Source of the DNA: an uncultured bacterium
Lineage (GTDB): Bacteria > Patescibacteriota > Minisyncoccia > Phycocordibacterales > GWA1-40-21
Direction of reading: 5' to 3'
DNA length: 62,370 nt
NCBI GenBank assembly: GCA_903822075.1
Contig: CAIJNK010000022.1
Span: forward strand, 1 to 62,370
Shown: piece by piece, positions 9,205 to 18,064 of the stretch
Position numbering within the stretch: the first letter of the stretch is position 1
Layout of the letters: each line of letters begins with the position of its first letter
Translations under genes and position numbers: made by a program
Notes under the pieces: generated by a model
Database searches by the model: none
Seen by the model: only the letters and a program-made list of their open reading frames with translations
What the model was told of the DNA's origin: nothing

Positions 9205-10347
9205 TTAGGCTATATTTTCTTGAATTTTCTTCTCGGCCATATTCTTATCCTTCTGAATATCCCCAAGAAACTCCATCAAGACAGAAGTAATGGGAACAGA
9301 CAGAACCACTCCCAAGAAACCGGCGAGCTTACCACCGATAATTAAGGCCAGGATAACAATGATCGGTGATACCCCTACTATCTTTTTCACGACTAACGGA
9401 TAGATCAGGTGGTTCTCGAACTGTTGAATAATGACGAACAAACCAAATACAAGTAAAGCGGTGGTCAAACCGCCAGCGGTAAATCCGAACAGAATGGCGG
9501 GAATAGCGGAAAGGATGGGGCCAAAGACCGGAATGATTTCCAGAAGGCCAGCCAAAACAGCGAGGATCAGCGCATTTTTAATACCTAAAATCATCAGGCC
9601 CAAATAGACCAAAACACCAACGACAATTCCTAAAAGGAGCTGGCCTTGCATCCAATAGCCAATCTTTCTCTGTGAACGCTTCCACAAGTCGACAATATAA
9701 GCTTCGTTCTTGAGGGGGGTAATTATTTTTAAGAACTTTTCTACCCCTCCTTCCTGAACGGCTAAGTAAAAAGACAAGACGATAATCAAAACGAAAGAAA
9801 AAACACCACCGAATATTCCGCTCACAATATTCACGACGCCATCTGTGGCATTGGAGGTAAAGCTTTTAAACTGCGCGATTAAGCCGCTGAAAGCTGAATT
9901 TTGCAATGTGCCGGACGATAATCCGCCCAAGATTTGTTTACCACCGTTTAAACCATCGGATAGACCGCCCGCCACCTGGCCAGTTTCCATTAATTTGGTA
10001 TCGTTCAAAGGGTTCCACAGAGTAACTGAGTCCAGATACTTGGGAGCAGTACTCAAAAGACTTGAAGCCTCTTCCAAGACGGGCGGGATAAAGAAATACA
10101 ATAGGCCAGAAAAAATTATAACGACACAAACATAGGTGATAATAACAGCAAATAAACGCTTTATTTTATAACGTCCAAACCAGTTAATTAGTGGTTCCAC
10201 CGCTGAAGCAATCACTACCGCAAGTAAGACCACCAGGACCAGATCCAACATTTTGTAAAGTAAAAAAGTCACCAAAAGAATAATAATCGTTTTTATGATC
10301 GTGCCGGCGCTTATACTTATATTCAAGTTCTTATCCAGTTTTTCCAT
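9205..10347 (-). CDS. AI-2E family transporter
   Basis: Multi-TM; IP.FGP, IQQFENHLIYPLV..K.VGVSP motifs. Confidence 0.92.
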   Translation of the reverse strand: MEKLDKNLNISISAGTIIKTIIILLVTFLLYKMLDLVLVVLLAVVIASAVEPLINWFGRYKIKRLFAVIITYVCVVIIFSGLLYFFIPPVLEEASSLLSTAPKYLDSVTLWNPLNDTKLMETGQVAGGLSDGLNGGKQILGGLSSGTLQNSAFSGLIAQFKSFTSNATDGVVNIVSGIFGGVFSFVLIIVLSFYLAVQEGGVEKFLKIITPLKNEAYIVDLWKRSQRKIGYWMQGQLLLGIVVGVLVYLGLMILGIKNALILAVLAGLLEIIPVFGPILSAIPAILFGFTAGGLTTALLVFGLFVIIQQFENHLIYPLVVKKIVGVSPIIVILALIIGGKLAGFLGVVLSVPITSVLMEFLGDIQKDKNMAEKKIQENIA

Positions 10348-10376
10348 AGGCGCATTATAACATATCCGACCAAAAG

Positions 10377-11645
10377 TTAGAATTTAAGGACACTCTTAAG
10401 CTCGGCACCGTTATCAAACCGCCCGACTAGTGCGAGGTTCAAACCTTCATTTACAAAGATTTCTTGTGCCACTTTTTGGACATCCTGGGCCGTGACTGAC
10501 TCTATTTCGGTTTTTATTTCTTCTGGCGTCTTCAATGTCTCGTTCATGATTTCCTGACTGCCATAAAATTTAGCCAAGGAATCAGATGACTCCAAACCTA
10601 GATACATAGTCCCCACCAAATTTTGTTTCACTTTTTGCAATTCTGCCGGCGACACTAGTTCAGTTTTTAATTTTTTCAGTTCTTCAAGAATAACCGTAAT
10701 TACTTCTTTTACTCTTTTATTATCGACACCGGCATTGACGGAAAAGAAACCGTGATCCGTCAGTGCATCCTGGCTGGCGCTCACGTAATAACAAACTCCC
10801 ATATCGCCTCTTAGTTTTTTAAACAGTCTCGAGCTCATACCAGCATTAAGAACACCGGCCAAAACGCTCATTATTTTATCCCGTTTATCATAAAGGTTGA
10901 AAGTTCTGACTCCCAAAACCAGATGGGTCTGATCCGTTTCTTTTTTAAACAAAGCAATTTCTGGTGTAACTTGCTTTTCTATGACTTTTAATTTAAGCCC
11001 CTTCTCTATTTTAGGCATAACGGAAAAAATTTCACGGATGTTTCCAATAACTTTTTCTTCTTCAAAATTACCCGACACGATCACGGTGGTGGCGCTTGAG
11101 GTATAAAATTTATTACGGTAAGTGATAAAATCAGCCTGACTCATATTTTTAATATTTTCTTTTGGACCGGCAATATCCCAGCCCGCGGGTTGGTCTCCAT
11201 ACACCAATTCATTGATTAAATTCTGCACCTTATACTGAGGCAAATCCTCATACATATTTATCTCTTCCAAAATAACACCTTTTTCTTTTTCAATTTCTTT
11301 ATCATCAAAAAGCGGATTAAGATACATGTCGGAAACAATATCCAAAATCTTATCCAAGTGACCATATTGTGCTTTGGCGTAGTAGCCGGTATATTCCTGG
11401 GAAGTAAAAGCATTGTAACGCGAACCAATATTATCGAGCTCGGTGCTAATATCGAAATTATTCGGCCGTTTGACAGTACCCTTAAAACACATATGTTCCA
11501 GAAAATGCGAAATGCCGTTTTTATTCTTCGTTTCGTATTTTGAACCCGCTTCCACCAGCACAAAAACCGTGACAGTGGGGTTGTCTTTCATCGGAATGGT
11601 GATTACCCTGAGTCCGTTTTCTAAAATGGTCTTGGTATATTTCAT
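10377..11645 (-). CDS. M16 family zinc peptidase (insulinase/pitrilysin)
   Basis: GISHFLEHMCFKGT (HxxEH), NAFTS.E.T.YY. Confidence 0.95.
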   Translation of the reverse strand: MKYTKTILENGLRVITIPMKDNPTVTVFVLVEAGSKYETKNKNGISHFLEHMCFKGTVKRPNNFDISTELDNIGSRYNAFTSQEYTGYYAKAQYGHLDKILDIVSDMYLNPLFDDKEIEKEKGVILEEINMYEDLPQYKVQNLINELVYGDQPAGWDIAGPKENIKNMSQADFITYRNKFYTSSATTVIVSGNFEEEKVIGNIREIFSVMPKIEKGLKLKVIEKQVTPEIALFKKETDQTHLVLGVRTFNLYDKRDKIMSVLAGVLNAGMSSRLFKKLRGDMGVCYYVSASQDALTDHGFFSVNAGVDNKRVKEVITVILEELKKLKTELVSPAELQKVKQNLVGTMYLGLESSDSLAKFYGSQEIMNETLKTPEEIKTEIESVTAQDVQKVAQEIFVNEGLNLALVGRFDNGAELKSVLKF

Positions 11646-11730
11646 ATGATTTAGAATAGCATAATTGGCAAAAAACAAAAGAAAAATGGCAGGTCACACA
11701 CTCAGTGTAACCTGCCAATTGCCAGACGTC

Positions 11731-12069
11731 TTACCCGCCACGATGAAACATATGGGGGTATTTAGGCGTTTTCAACGTTCGATTAACTCGGGCCAGATGG
11801 GCTGCTCCATGCACTTTTGGTGGCCGTTTAGGTATCGGCGAGTATCCGATTATTTCCTCAATCGGTCTCCCGACACCCACCCTTTTTTCCAAGGAGCGGA
11901 CAAGCCCCGCTAATTCACTCACCGTGATAGATTCAATATACTTCACTGTTTCTTCGGATGGTTTTGCAACCCCCTCGGACTCAATGAAAACTACCACCAG
12001 GGGGCTGAATCCGTTAATCATAATTCCCGCAAAGATGCAGCCCGGACCAACACAAATCAAGTGCCTCAT
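11731..12069 (-). CDS. Orphan protein containing an L7/L12 N-terminal-like segment
   Basis: GGAGG SD; ATGA coupling to upstream ORF; YIESITVSELAGLVRSLEKRVGV. Confidence 0.55.
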   Translation of the reverse strand: MRHLICVGPGCIFAGIMINGFSPLVVVFIESEGVAKPSEETVKYIESITVSELAGLVRSLEKRVGVGRPIEEIIGYSPIPKRPPKVHGAAHLARVNRTLKTPKYPHMFHRGG

Positions 12070-12332
12070 CCGTAACCTCCCCCGAAAAGGTTACCTCCCG
12101 CAGTTCCGCTAACAGCTTTCGAGGCGGCGCGACTTTCCACCGGTGGAAGTGAATCACCGCTCACAGAAGAGATGTCCGGTAAAACAACTTCCTTCCGCAC
12201 AAGTGGATCCGAAAGACTTGCTGACGTCGCTCGTAAAGGGCGCCGCCTCAGCGGATTAAGCCAAGGCTTATCACAAAAACTCCCGGATGCTCCCTGAATT
12301 GATCCAATTCTCTGAATACACGGACGACACAT
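12066..12332 (-). CDS. Orphan hypothetical protein
   Basis: GAAAGGAG SD; TTGCAG-N17-TATTTT promoter upstream. Confidence 0.5.
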   Translation of the reverse strand: MCRPCIQRIGSIQGASGSFCDKPWLNPLRRRPLRATSASLSDPLVRKEVVLPDISSVSGDSLPPVESRAASKAVSGTAGGNLFGGGYG

Positions 12333-12417
12333 AACGACTCCTTTCTGATAGAACTTGTTCGCTTTTTCTGCACAGAAAATACCACAAAATAGAGTTTACT
12401 GCAACAGATTGACCCAG

Positions 12418-13818
12418 CTAGGCCAATTTGGATTTTAAGTAGTTTACCAATTCTTTGACAGCCACTCGCTCTTGCTTGCCAGAATCCCGATCCCGCACGG
12501 TCACGGTGTCATCTTTTTCGATGGTATCAAAATCCACGGTCACACAAAACGGCGTACCGATTTCATCCTGCCTTCGATATCTCTTCCCCACGTTGCCGTT
12601 ATCATCGAAGACGATCGGATAGATCTCTTCATTAAGCACTTCAAAAATATGTTTGGCTTTACTAACCAGTTCTGGTTTATTTTTCAGCAACGGAAAGACC
12701 GCCACCTTAACCGGTGCAATACTTGGCTTAAATTTTAGATAGACACGAGTTTCCTCGTTCATAACATCTTCAGTATAGGCATCGCACATAACCGCAAGGA
12801 ACAAACGTCCAACACCAATCGAAGACTCAATAATGTGCGGGATAAATTTCTCGTTGGTTTCCGGATCTTGATAGGTCAGTTCTTGTCCTGAACCCTTGGA
12901 ATGCTGAGTTAGGTCATAGGTTCCACGAGCGTGAACACCCTCCATTTCATCAAAACCCCAAGGATAGTTATATTCAATATCATAAGCTTCTTTGGCATAA
13001 AAAACCAAATTATCATGCTTATGCCATTTTAAATTCTCTTCCTTTAAACCTAGGCTTACTATGGCTTTAAAGCGGTACTCCCGCAGTTTTTCATACTCAA
13101 TCATTTCTTGATCCGGCTTGGTCAGGTATTGCATTTCCATCTGTTCAAATTCCCTGGTCCTAAATAAAAATTGTCTTGGCGCTATTTCATTCCTGAAGGC
13201 TTTTCCAATTTGGGCAATTCCGAACGGTAACTTCATATGACCAGAGTCCAAAACATTTTTAACGTTCACATAAATTCCCTGACAAGTCTCCCCTCTCAAA
13301 TATGACGGTGCTGTGCCTGCCTCGGTAAAATCACCGAGATTTGATTTCACCAGTAAATTAAATTTACGAGCTTTGGTAAAATTTTGTTTACCGCATTTTG
13401 GGCATTTGATTTTATTTTTATTTTCGTCAAATAACCGATTTATTTCCTCTTCGGACATTTTCTCATCCGCCTTCACCCCTATTTCTTCTAAGACCTTGTC
13501 TACTCTGATCCGGGTATTGCAATTCTTACACTCGGCTAATGGGTCGGAAAAACCCTTGGTATGACCGGAGGCTTCCCAGATTTTGGGATTCATAAAAATA
13601 CAAGAGTCCAAACCGACAATATCCTGCCGCTTATGAACCATCCATTTCCACCAATGGGCCTTCAGGTTATTTTCGAGCTCAACGCCCATCGGGCCGAAGT
13701 CATAAACACCAGCAAACCCGCCATATATTTCCGAGCTGGGATAGACAAACCCTCTTCTTTTGCAAAGAGATACTATCTTTTCCATCAATTCACTATCCTT
13801 GGTTTTTGCTATTTCCAT
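12418..13818 (-). CDS. glyQS: Glycine--tRNA ligase, alpha2 dimeric type
   Basis: LCKRRGF.YPSSEIYGG, YLRGETCQG, GKAFRNEI, FEQME.Q, IGKRYRRQDEIGTP-like tail. Confidence 0.97.
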   Translation of the reverse strand: MEIAKTKDSELMEKIVSLCKRRGFVYPSSEIYGGFAGVYDFGPMGVELENNLKAHWWKWMVHKRQDIVGLDSCIFMNPKIWEASGHTKGFSDPLAECKNCNTRIRVDKVLEEIGVKADEKMSEEEINRLFDENKNKIKCPKCGKQNFTKARKFNLLVKSNLGDFTEAGTAPSYLRGETCQGIYVNVKNVLDSGHMKLPFGIAQIGKAFRNEIAPRQFLFRTREFEQMEMQYLTKPDQEMIEYEKLREYRFKAIVSLGLKEENLKWHKHDNLVFYAKEAYDIEYNYPWGFDEMEGVHARGTYDLTQHSKGSGQELTYQDPETNEKFIPHIIESSIGVGRLFLAVMCDAYTEDVMNEETRVYLKFKPSIAPVKVAVFPLLKNKPELVSKAKHIFEVLNEEIYPIVFDDNGNVGKRYRRQDEIGTPFCVTVDFDTIEKDDTVTVRDRDSGKQERVAVKELVNYLKSKLA

Positions 13819-13854
13819 ATTTAAACAGTATATATAATTAAAATTATTTCACAA

Positions 13855-15810
13855 CTATTCTGTCACGGACTCAGACCCGGTCTTGAAGTATGGGTCACTT
13901 CTCAAGCTGGTGTTTAAAGGCGAGAAAGAGTCCGTCACAGTGGTCAAAGTATAATTATCCTTGGCTGTTAAAACCGAATCACCAACAAGGTCCGGTGTTT
14001 CTTTTATCTGATTCACACTTGGCATAAAAGAAATCTGGAACGAGGCTTCACGAGCCGGGACCACCGCTCCGGCACCGGCCGTAACATTACCAACATTCCA
14101 AGTCAAAAGACCGGTTCCGCTATCATAATCCATTTTTTCTTTCTCCGGACTGACTATGCCTAACCATTTGACGTAGGGTGGAAGAGTGGCGCTGACTTTA
14201 GCGTTAGACAAATTATTCAACTGATTAGTAATCGTCCAGGTTACCGTATAGGTAGTTTCTTTTTCTGCCTTGGGTGGAAGCGGTCCGGTATTATGAAATG
14301 GTCCGACATAATAGAGAGCTTTGGCTGCTAATTGCGGCTCGGAAGTAATCTTAATTTTCCGTGAATCCGCAAACAAGACATCCTCTGGTCCATTTTGATA
14401 ATCGACTCGCCGACCTTCAACAGAAAGATCCAAAGTGATTAGAGGATTGGTCAAACCGGCGCCAGTAACGGAATTAGCACCAAAACTATTAAAAGCAAAC
14501 TTACTTTCTCCCTCTTGTCCAGGTTCCAATGTGGCTAGATTTTTATCGGTCATTTTACTGAAAGTGATTGTATTATCGATTGACCGGTAAAAACCGTCCT
14601 CAACCTGCACGGAGGCTTTGTCCACGGCATTACCATTCATTTTCACAATGATTGAAACGTCAGACACCTCATAAGCCAAATTATTACGCCATTTTATCAC
14701 GGTCGATATTTTACTCCCGGCCGTTGACACATATTCAACTGTACCTATTCCGTTAAAGGTAACATCGGCACTGACAAATGGCCGCTTAATGGTAACAGAA
14801 GAGAAAAAGGACGAAAAAGGGACATCAATTGCAGTGGTGTCAATCTTGGACTGTGAACCAACACTAAAATTAAAACCGCGTTCCTCATCCTCTTGACCGC
14901 TTAGAACACCGGAGAATTTGATAGTCCTTTTGGCGCCCGGCTCGAGATCCCCCAGCAACCAAACATTATCTTTGGAAAAAGTTTCCGGAGTGGCACTGGT
15001 GAAGGAAAAACCAAAAGGATACTCAGCTTTTAACAAAAGACCTTTTATTACTGTTGAAGAATTTGAGGTCACCTCTACATTAAAATCAACGCTTTGATTG
15101 GTATTCACTTCTTTTGGTCCGGTAACCACTATGCTGACTGGCGAAGAACTAATCAAAACAGAGAATGTTTTCGTTTTATTAAATAAAGAGTTTGAACCCG
15201 TAATCTTGTATTCTAAAGTTATCACTATATCTTTTTTTTCGTTCTCACCACCAAAGAGAGCGACGGTTAGGTTCTTTTTTATACTTTGACCGGGTAAAAT
15301 AGTTCCGAGTGATTGATCTATCCGCTTGGCTGGTAGTGAGGTATCTGACACTTCTTTGGCTCCTAAAGGATAAGTGACGGTAAGGTCGGCGCCGGTCAAA
15401 GGGACTCCGTTATTATTTTTGATCTCAACTTCAAAAGGCACGCTGTCCCCACCCGAAATAGAAACAGGCGCTTTAACGTTTATGTCTATGTTATTACCGG
15501 AAACCAGATTACCACCACCAAAAAAATTATAGGCGACTACGGCCAAGGCAATAATAAAAAAGACAACTGAACCAAGTAAAATTTTAATGGGAAGAGACGT
15601 TCCTTTTGGTTTTTCAATATTAAAAGACTGACCCATGACCGGTTCGGATATTTCATCACCGACTCGAAACTCATTGTTGTCCCAATCTTCCTTTATCGTT
15701 ACCTCTTTGTCGTGAAGCTCATGTCTTTTTATTTGACCGGTGACATGGTCTTCTCGCGCGTCAAGGACCTTCTGCAGTTGACTTATTTTGCTTTTTGGAT
15801 CTTCATACAT
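13855..15810 (-). CDS. Single-pass membrane protein with Ig-like/DUF11-type extracellular repeats
   Basis: TM near aa 75-97; repeated W.LGDL.PG and W.VG.V.AG motifs. Confidence 0.75.
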   Translation of the reverse strand: MYEDPKSKISQLQKVLDAREDHVTGQIKRHELHDKEVTIKEDWDNNEFRVGDEISEPVMGQSFNIEKPKGTSLPIKILLGSVVFFIIALAVVAYNFFGGGNLVSGNNIDINVKAPVSISGGDSVPFEVEIKNNNGVPLTGADLTVTYPLGAKEVSDTSLPAKRIDQSLGTILPGQSIKKNLTVALFGGENEKKDIVITLEYKITGSNSLFNKTKTFSVLISSSPVSIVVTGPKEVNTNQSVDFNVEVTSNSSTVIKGLLLKAEYPFGFSFTSATPETFSKDNVWLLGDLEPGAKRTIKFSGVLSGQEDEERGFNFSVGSQSKIDTTAIDVPFSSFFSSVTIKRPFVSADVTFNGIGTVEYVSTAGSKISTVIKWRNNLAYEVSDVSIIVKMNGNAVDKASVQVEDGFYRSIDNTITFSKMTDKNLATLEPGQEGESKFAFNSFGANSVTGAGLTNPLITLDLSVEGRRVDYQNGPEDVLFADSRKIKITSEPQLAAKALYYVGPFHNTGPLPPKAEKETTYTVTWTITNQLNNLSNAKVSATLPPYVKWLGIVSPEKEKMDYDSGTGLLTWNVGNVTAGAGAVVPAREASFQISFMPSVNQIKETPDLVGDSVLTAKDNYTLTTVTDSFSPLNTSLRSDPYFKTGSESVTE

Positions 15811-15862
15811 AAAATTACTGTGCTTAATTATAGCACTTCCATTCCCGTATTTATAGGGGTAA

Positions 15863-16462
15863 TTACAAGTGTGTTTCTCTGAGTGATTTGTTTATTTCCA
15901 GGATGGCGCGCGTTTTGAGAGCGGACATTTTAGCCAGCAGTTCGACGGTGAAATATGGTGAAGAAATAAACTGATCGAAATCCCCCAATTGCCCAATATA
16001 ACCCAGAACGGACAAGATGCGAAGAGCCATGATGCATTCAAAGCTGGCTAAGTCTTCCTCCGTCAGATCACTTTTTTTTCCTAAAAAGTGCATTCCCTCT
16101 TTCACGCTCTCAAACAGGCGATCATTTTTTTCTTCGCCATGAAGCAAGCGTAGCAATAAGGAAAAAATACGGGACAAAATTAAAAATTTTTCTGAATTTC
16201 CTCCTTCCTTGAATATCTCCAGAGAAAACTTTTTCTCCGCACTGGTTAGGCGCCAGATTTCCCGGCCACGCACGAGCGATACTTGGGCCAAGGAAAAATC
16301 TTCCAAACCGTAACGCAGTTTGGATTTCAAATGCCGCACACTCTGCGCTGCTGCCTTGATCAGGCCGAATTCTTTCGTAAATATGAAAAAATACTTGTTC
16401 GCCTCGCCAAAATTGACGCTTTTCAGAATGAAACCTTCGGTGGTGTAAATGCCGTGGGACAT
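15863..16462 (-). CDS. recO: DNA repair protein RecO
   Basis: TEGFILKS..FGEANK....FTKEFGLI.A.A..VR; TGTTATGAT 6 nt before ATG. Confidence 0.85.
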   Translation of the reverse strand: MSHGIYTTEGFILKSVNFGEANKYFFIFTKEFGLIKAAAQSVRHLKSKLRYGLEDFSLAQVSLVRGREIWRLTSAEKKFSLEIFKEGGNSEKFLILSRIFSLLLRLLHGEEKNDRLFESVKEGMHFLGKKSDLTEEDLASFECIMALRILSVLGYIGQLGDFDQFISSPYFTVELLAKMSALKTRAILEINKSLRETHL

Positions 16463-16506
16463 TTTGATATCATAACATAAAAATGAAATAACCATTTAAA
16501 TTGTAA

Positions 16507-16554
16507 AATAATGTAAACATGTTCGGACGGCCGTCCAAACATGTTTACATTATT
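16507..16554. repeat. 48-bp near-perfect palindrome
   Basis: aataatgtaaacatgtt-c-ggacgg|ccgtcc-a-aacatgtttacattatt; one mismatch, no loop. Confidence 0.9.
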
Positions 16555-16625
16555 AAATCAAATAAATCAGACAATTAAAAACAGGCACCTCATTACAAGG
16601 TGCCCGTGCACCGGCTAAACCGGGC

Positions 16626-17381
16626 TTACTTTACTTCAGACTGACGGAGTTCTTCGGCTCGGGCGAAGATCTCATCCATCTCTTTCTTCTTAAATTCAAG
16701 ACCAAACGCATCCTTCGCTGTTTGTATTGTCTCTTCAAGTTTACGTCTCTGCTCGATAGTTTGCTCGCCCCAACCCACAATATGGGAGATTACTCTGTTC
16801 GGCACGAGACGTATGATATCGAAGACTTTCTCGGATTTTAATACCTCTTTTGCCAACGAAACAAGTACTTCACGCACAGTGACTTCGTCATACCGGCTAA
16901 TGTTTTCTCCTGCAGGATTAAGCCCCCCCACCGAATTCCGGAACTCCATCAGCGTGTTGTTGAGTTTTCTGAGTACCTCTTTATCTTTCATTAGCTTCTT
17001 CGTCATCGGCCCAGAAACCCAAATCACCGCCACCACCATCAGTAATAGGGTTGGCACAAGCATAACTAATGGTTCATGGCGCCTAAAAACAAGAGCCAGC
17101 AGACCTCCAATCATAACCACAAAAACTGAAGCAAGCGAGGCTATCAGTATACGAGATTCTGGGTTTTTGTCCATCGCCTTGTACTCCTCGTTCACCTGAC
17201 CGAGAGTTACCCCTTCAGGTAAATTGCGCTTCTCGTAGCTCCTGATAAGTTCTTTGCTCACGGTCGCAAACAGATCATCGATCTCAACACCAGCCTTCTC
17301 AACCGTCTTCATGTTAACGTACTCCTTACCTTGTTTTCGGGACCATAGCCTTGCGGGCGATGTCATGAACTTGCGGTCCAT
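16626..17381 (-). CDS. Orphan two-TM membrane protein
   Basis: 251-aa ORF with two hydrophobic helices; true start uncertain. Confidence 0.7.
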   Translation of the reverse strand: MDRKFMTSPARLWSRKQGKEYVNMKTVEKAGVEIDDLFATVSKELIRSYEKRNLPEGVTLGQVNEEYKAMDKNPESRILIASLASVFVVMIGGLLALVFRRHEPLVMLVPTLLLMVVAVIWVSGPMTKKLMKDKEVLRKLNNTLMEFRNSVGGLNPAGENISRYDEVTVREVLVSLAKEVLKSEKVFDIIRLVPNRVISHIVGWGEQTIEQRRKLEETIQTAKDAFGLEFKKKEMDEIFARAEELRQSEVK

Positions 17382-17464
17382 AAAATCACGGTTTCCCGTT
17401 ATGCAATCCGGACGTAGCTAGGCCACTACTCCGTTCAAAATAGTAAGTCTTTTAGGCTTTTTTG

Positions 17465-18064
17465 TCAAGCCTTTCGTAGTCGCTTGATTTCCACCATTTC
17501 CTGCCTCATCTGATCCATTTCCAAAATAGTATTGAGAACGCTTGGGAGTTCTTTAATGTCCGCCTTGAAGTGACCTTTATTATGCTCCACAATAACTCCT
17601 GCGCCTACCTTGCTGGCGAAATCCAGAGTATCTTTGTTTGGGATGAGAGGATCGTTATCGGACAAAATAACCATTGCTTCCCTCATATGTTTCTTTACAG
17701 TAGAAAAATCCAGCGGTAGGGAGCAGAAGCCAACCAACAAGGGAATTTTGGGTAAGGAGTCGAAACCGGCCACAAAAACACAACCACCCGCAGAGGTCTT
17801 TCCCGGCAAGGTCGCCAAAAAACGAGCAATGGTAATGCAACCCAAACTGTGACCAATAAAATATGTATTCTTATTTACTTTAATTTTTTGGGCTTTCAAA
17901 AAATCTACCCACTGATGCACTTCCGGATACATAATATCCGGCATGGGCAAAATACTGAAATCAAAACCACATTTAATAAATTCACCTCTTAGCCACTCCG
18001 GCCAACCATCACCATCAACACCAGAAAAGCCTGGTACAAAAATCACTTTCTTTTGATTCCTCAT
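17465..18064 (-). CDS. RBBP9/YdeN family alpha/beta hydrolase
   Basis: IGHSLG nucleophile elbow, SDNDP, GHF; ATGA-coupled to ileS. Confidence 0.9.
   Translation of the reverse strand: MRNQKKVIFVPGFSGVDGDGWPEWLRGEFIKCGFDFSILPMPDIMYPEVHQWVDFLKAQKIKVNKNTYFIGHSLGCITIARFLATLPGKTSAGGCVFVAGFDSLPKIPLLVGFCSLPLDFSTVKKHMREAMVILSDNDPLIPNKDTLDFASKVGAGVIVEHNKGHFKADIKELPSVLNTILEMDQMRQEMVEIKRLRKA

Noticed and set aside
16500-16560. Possible dif (XerCD) site
   Set aside because: TAATGTAAA and TTATTAAAT resemble dif only loosely; the 11-6-11 arrangement with TTATGTTAAAT is absent.
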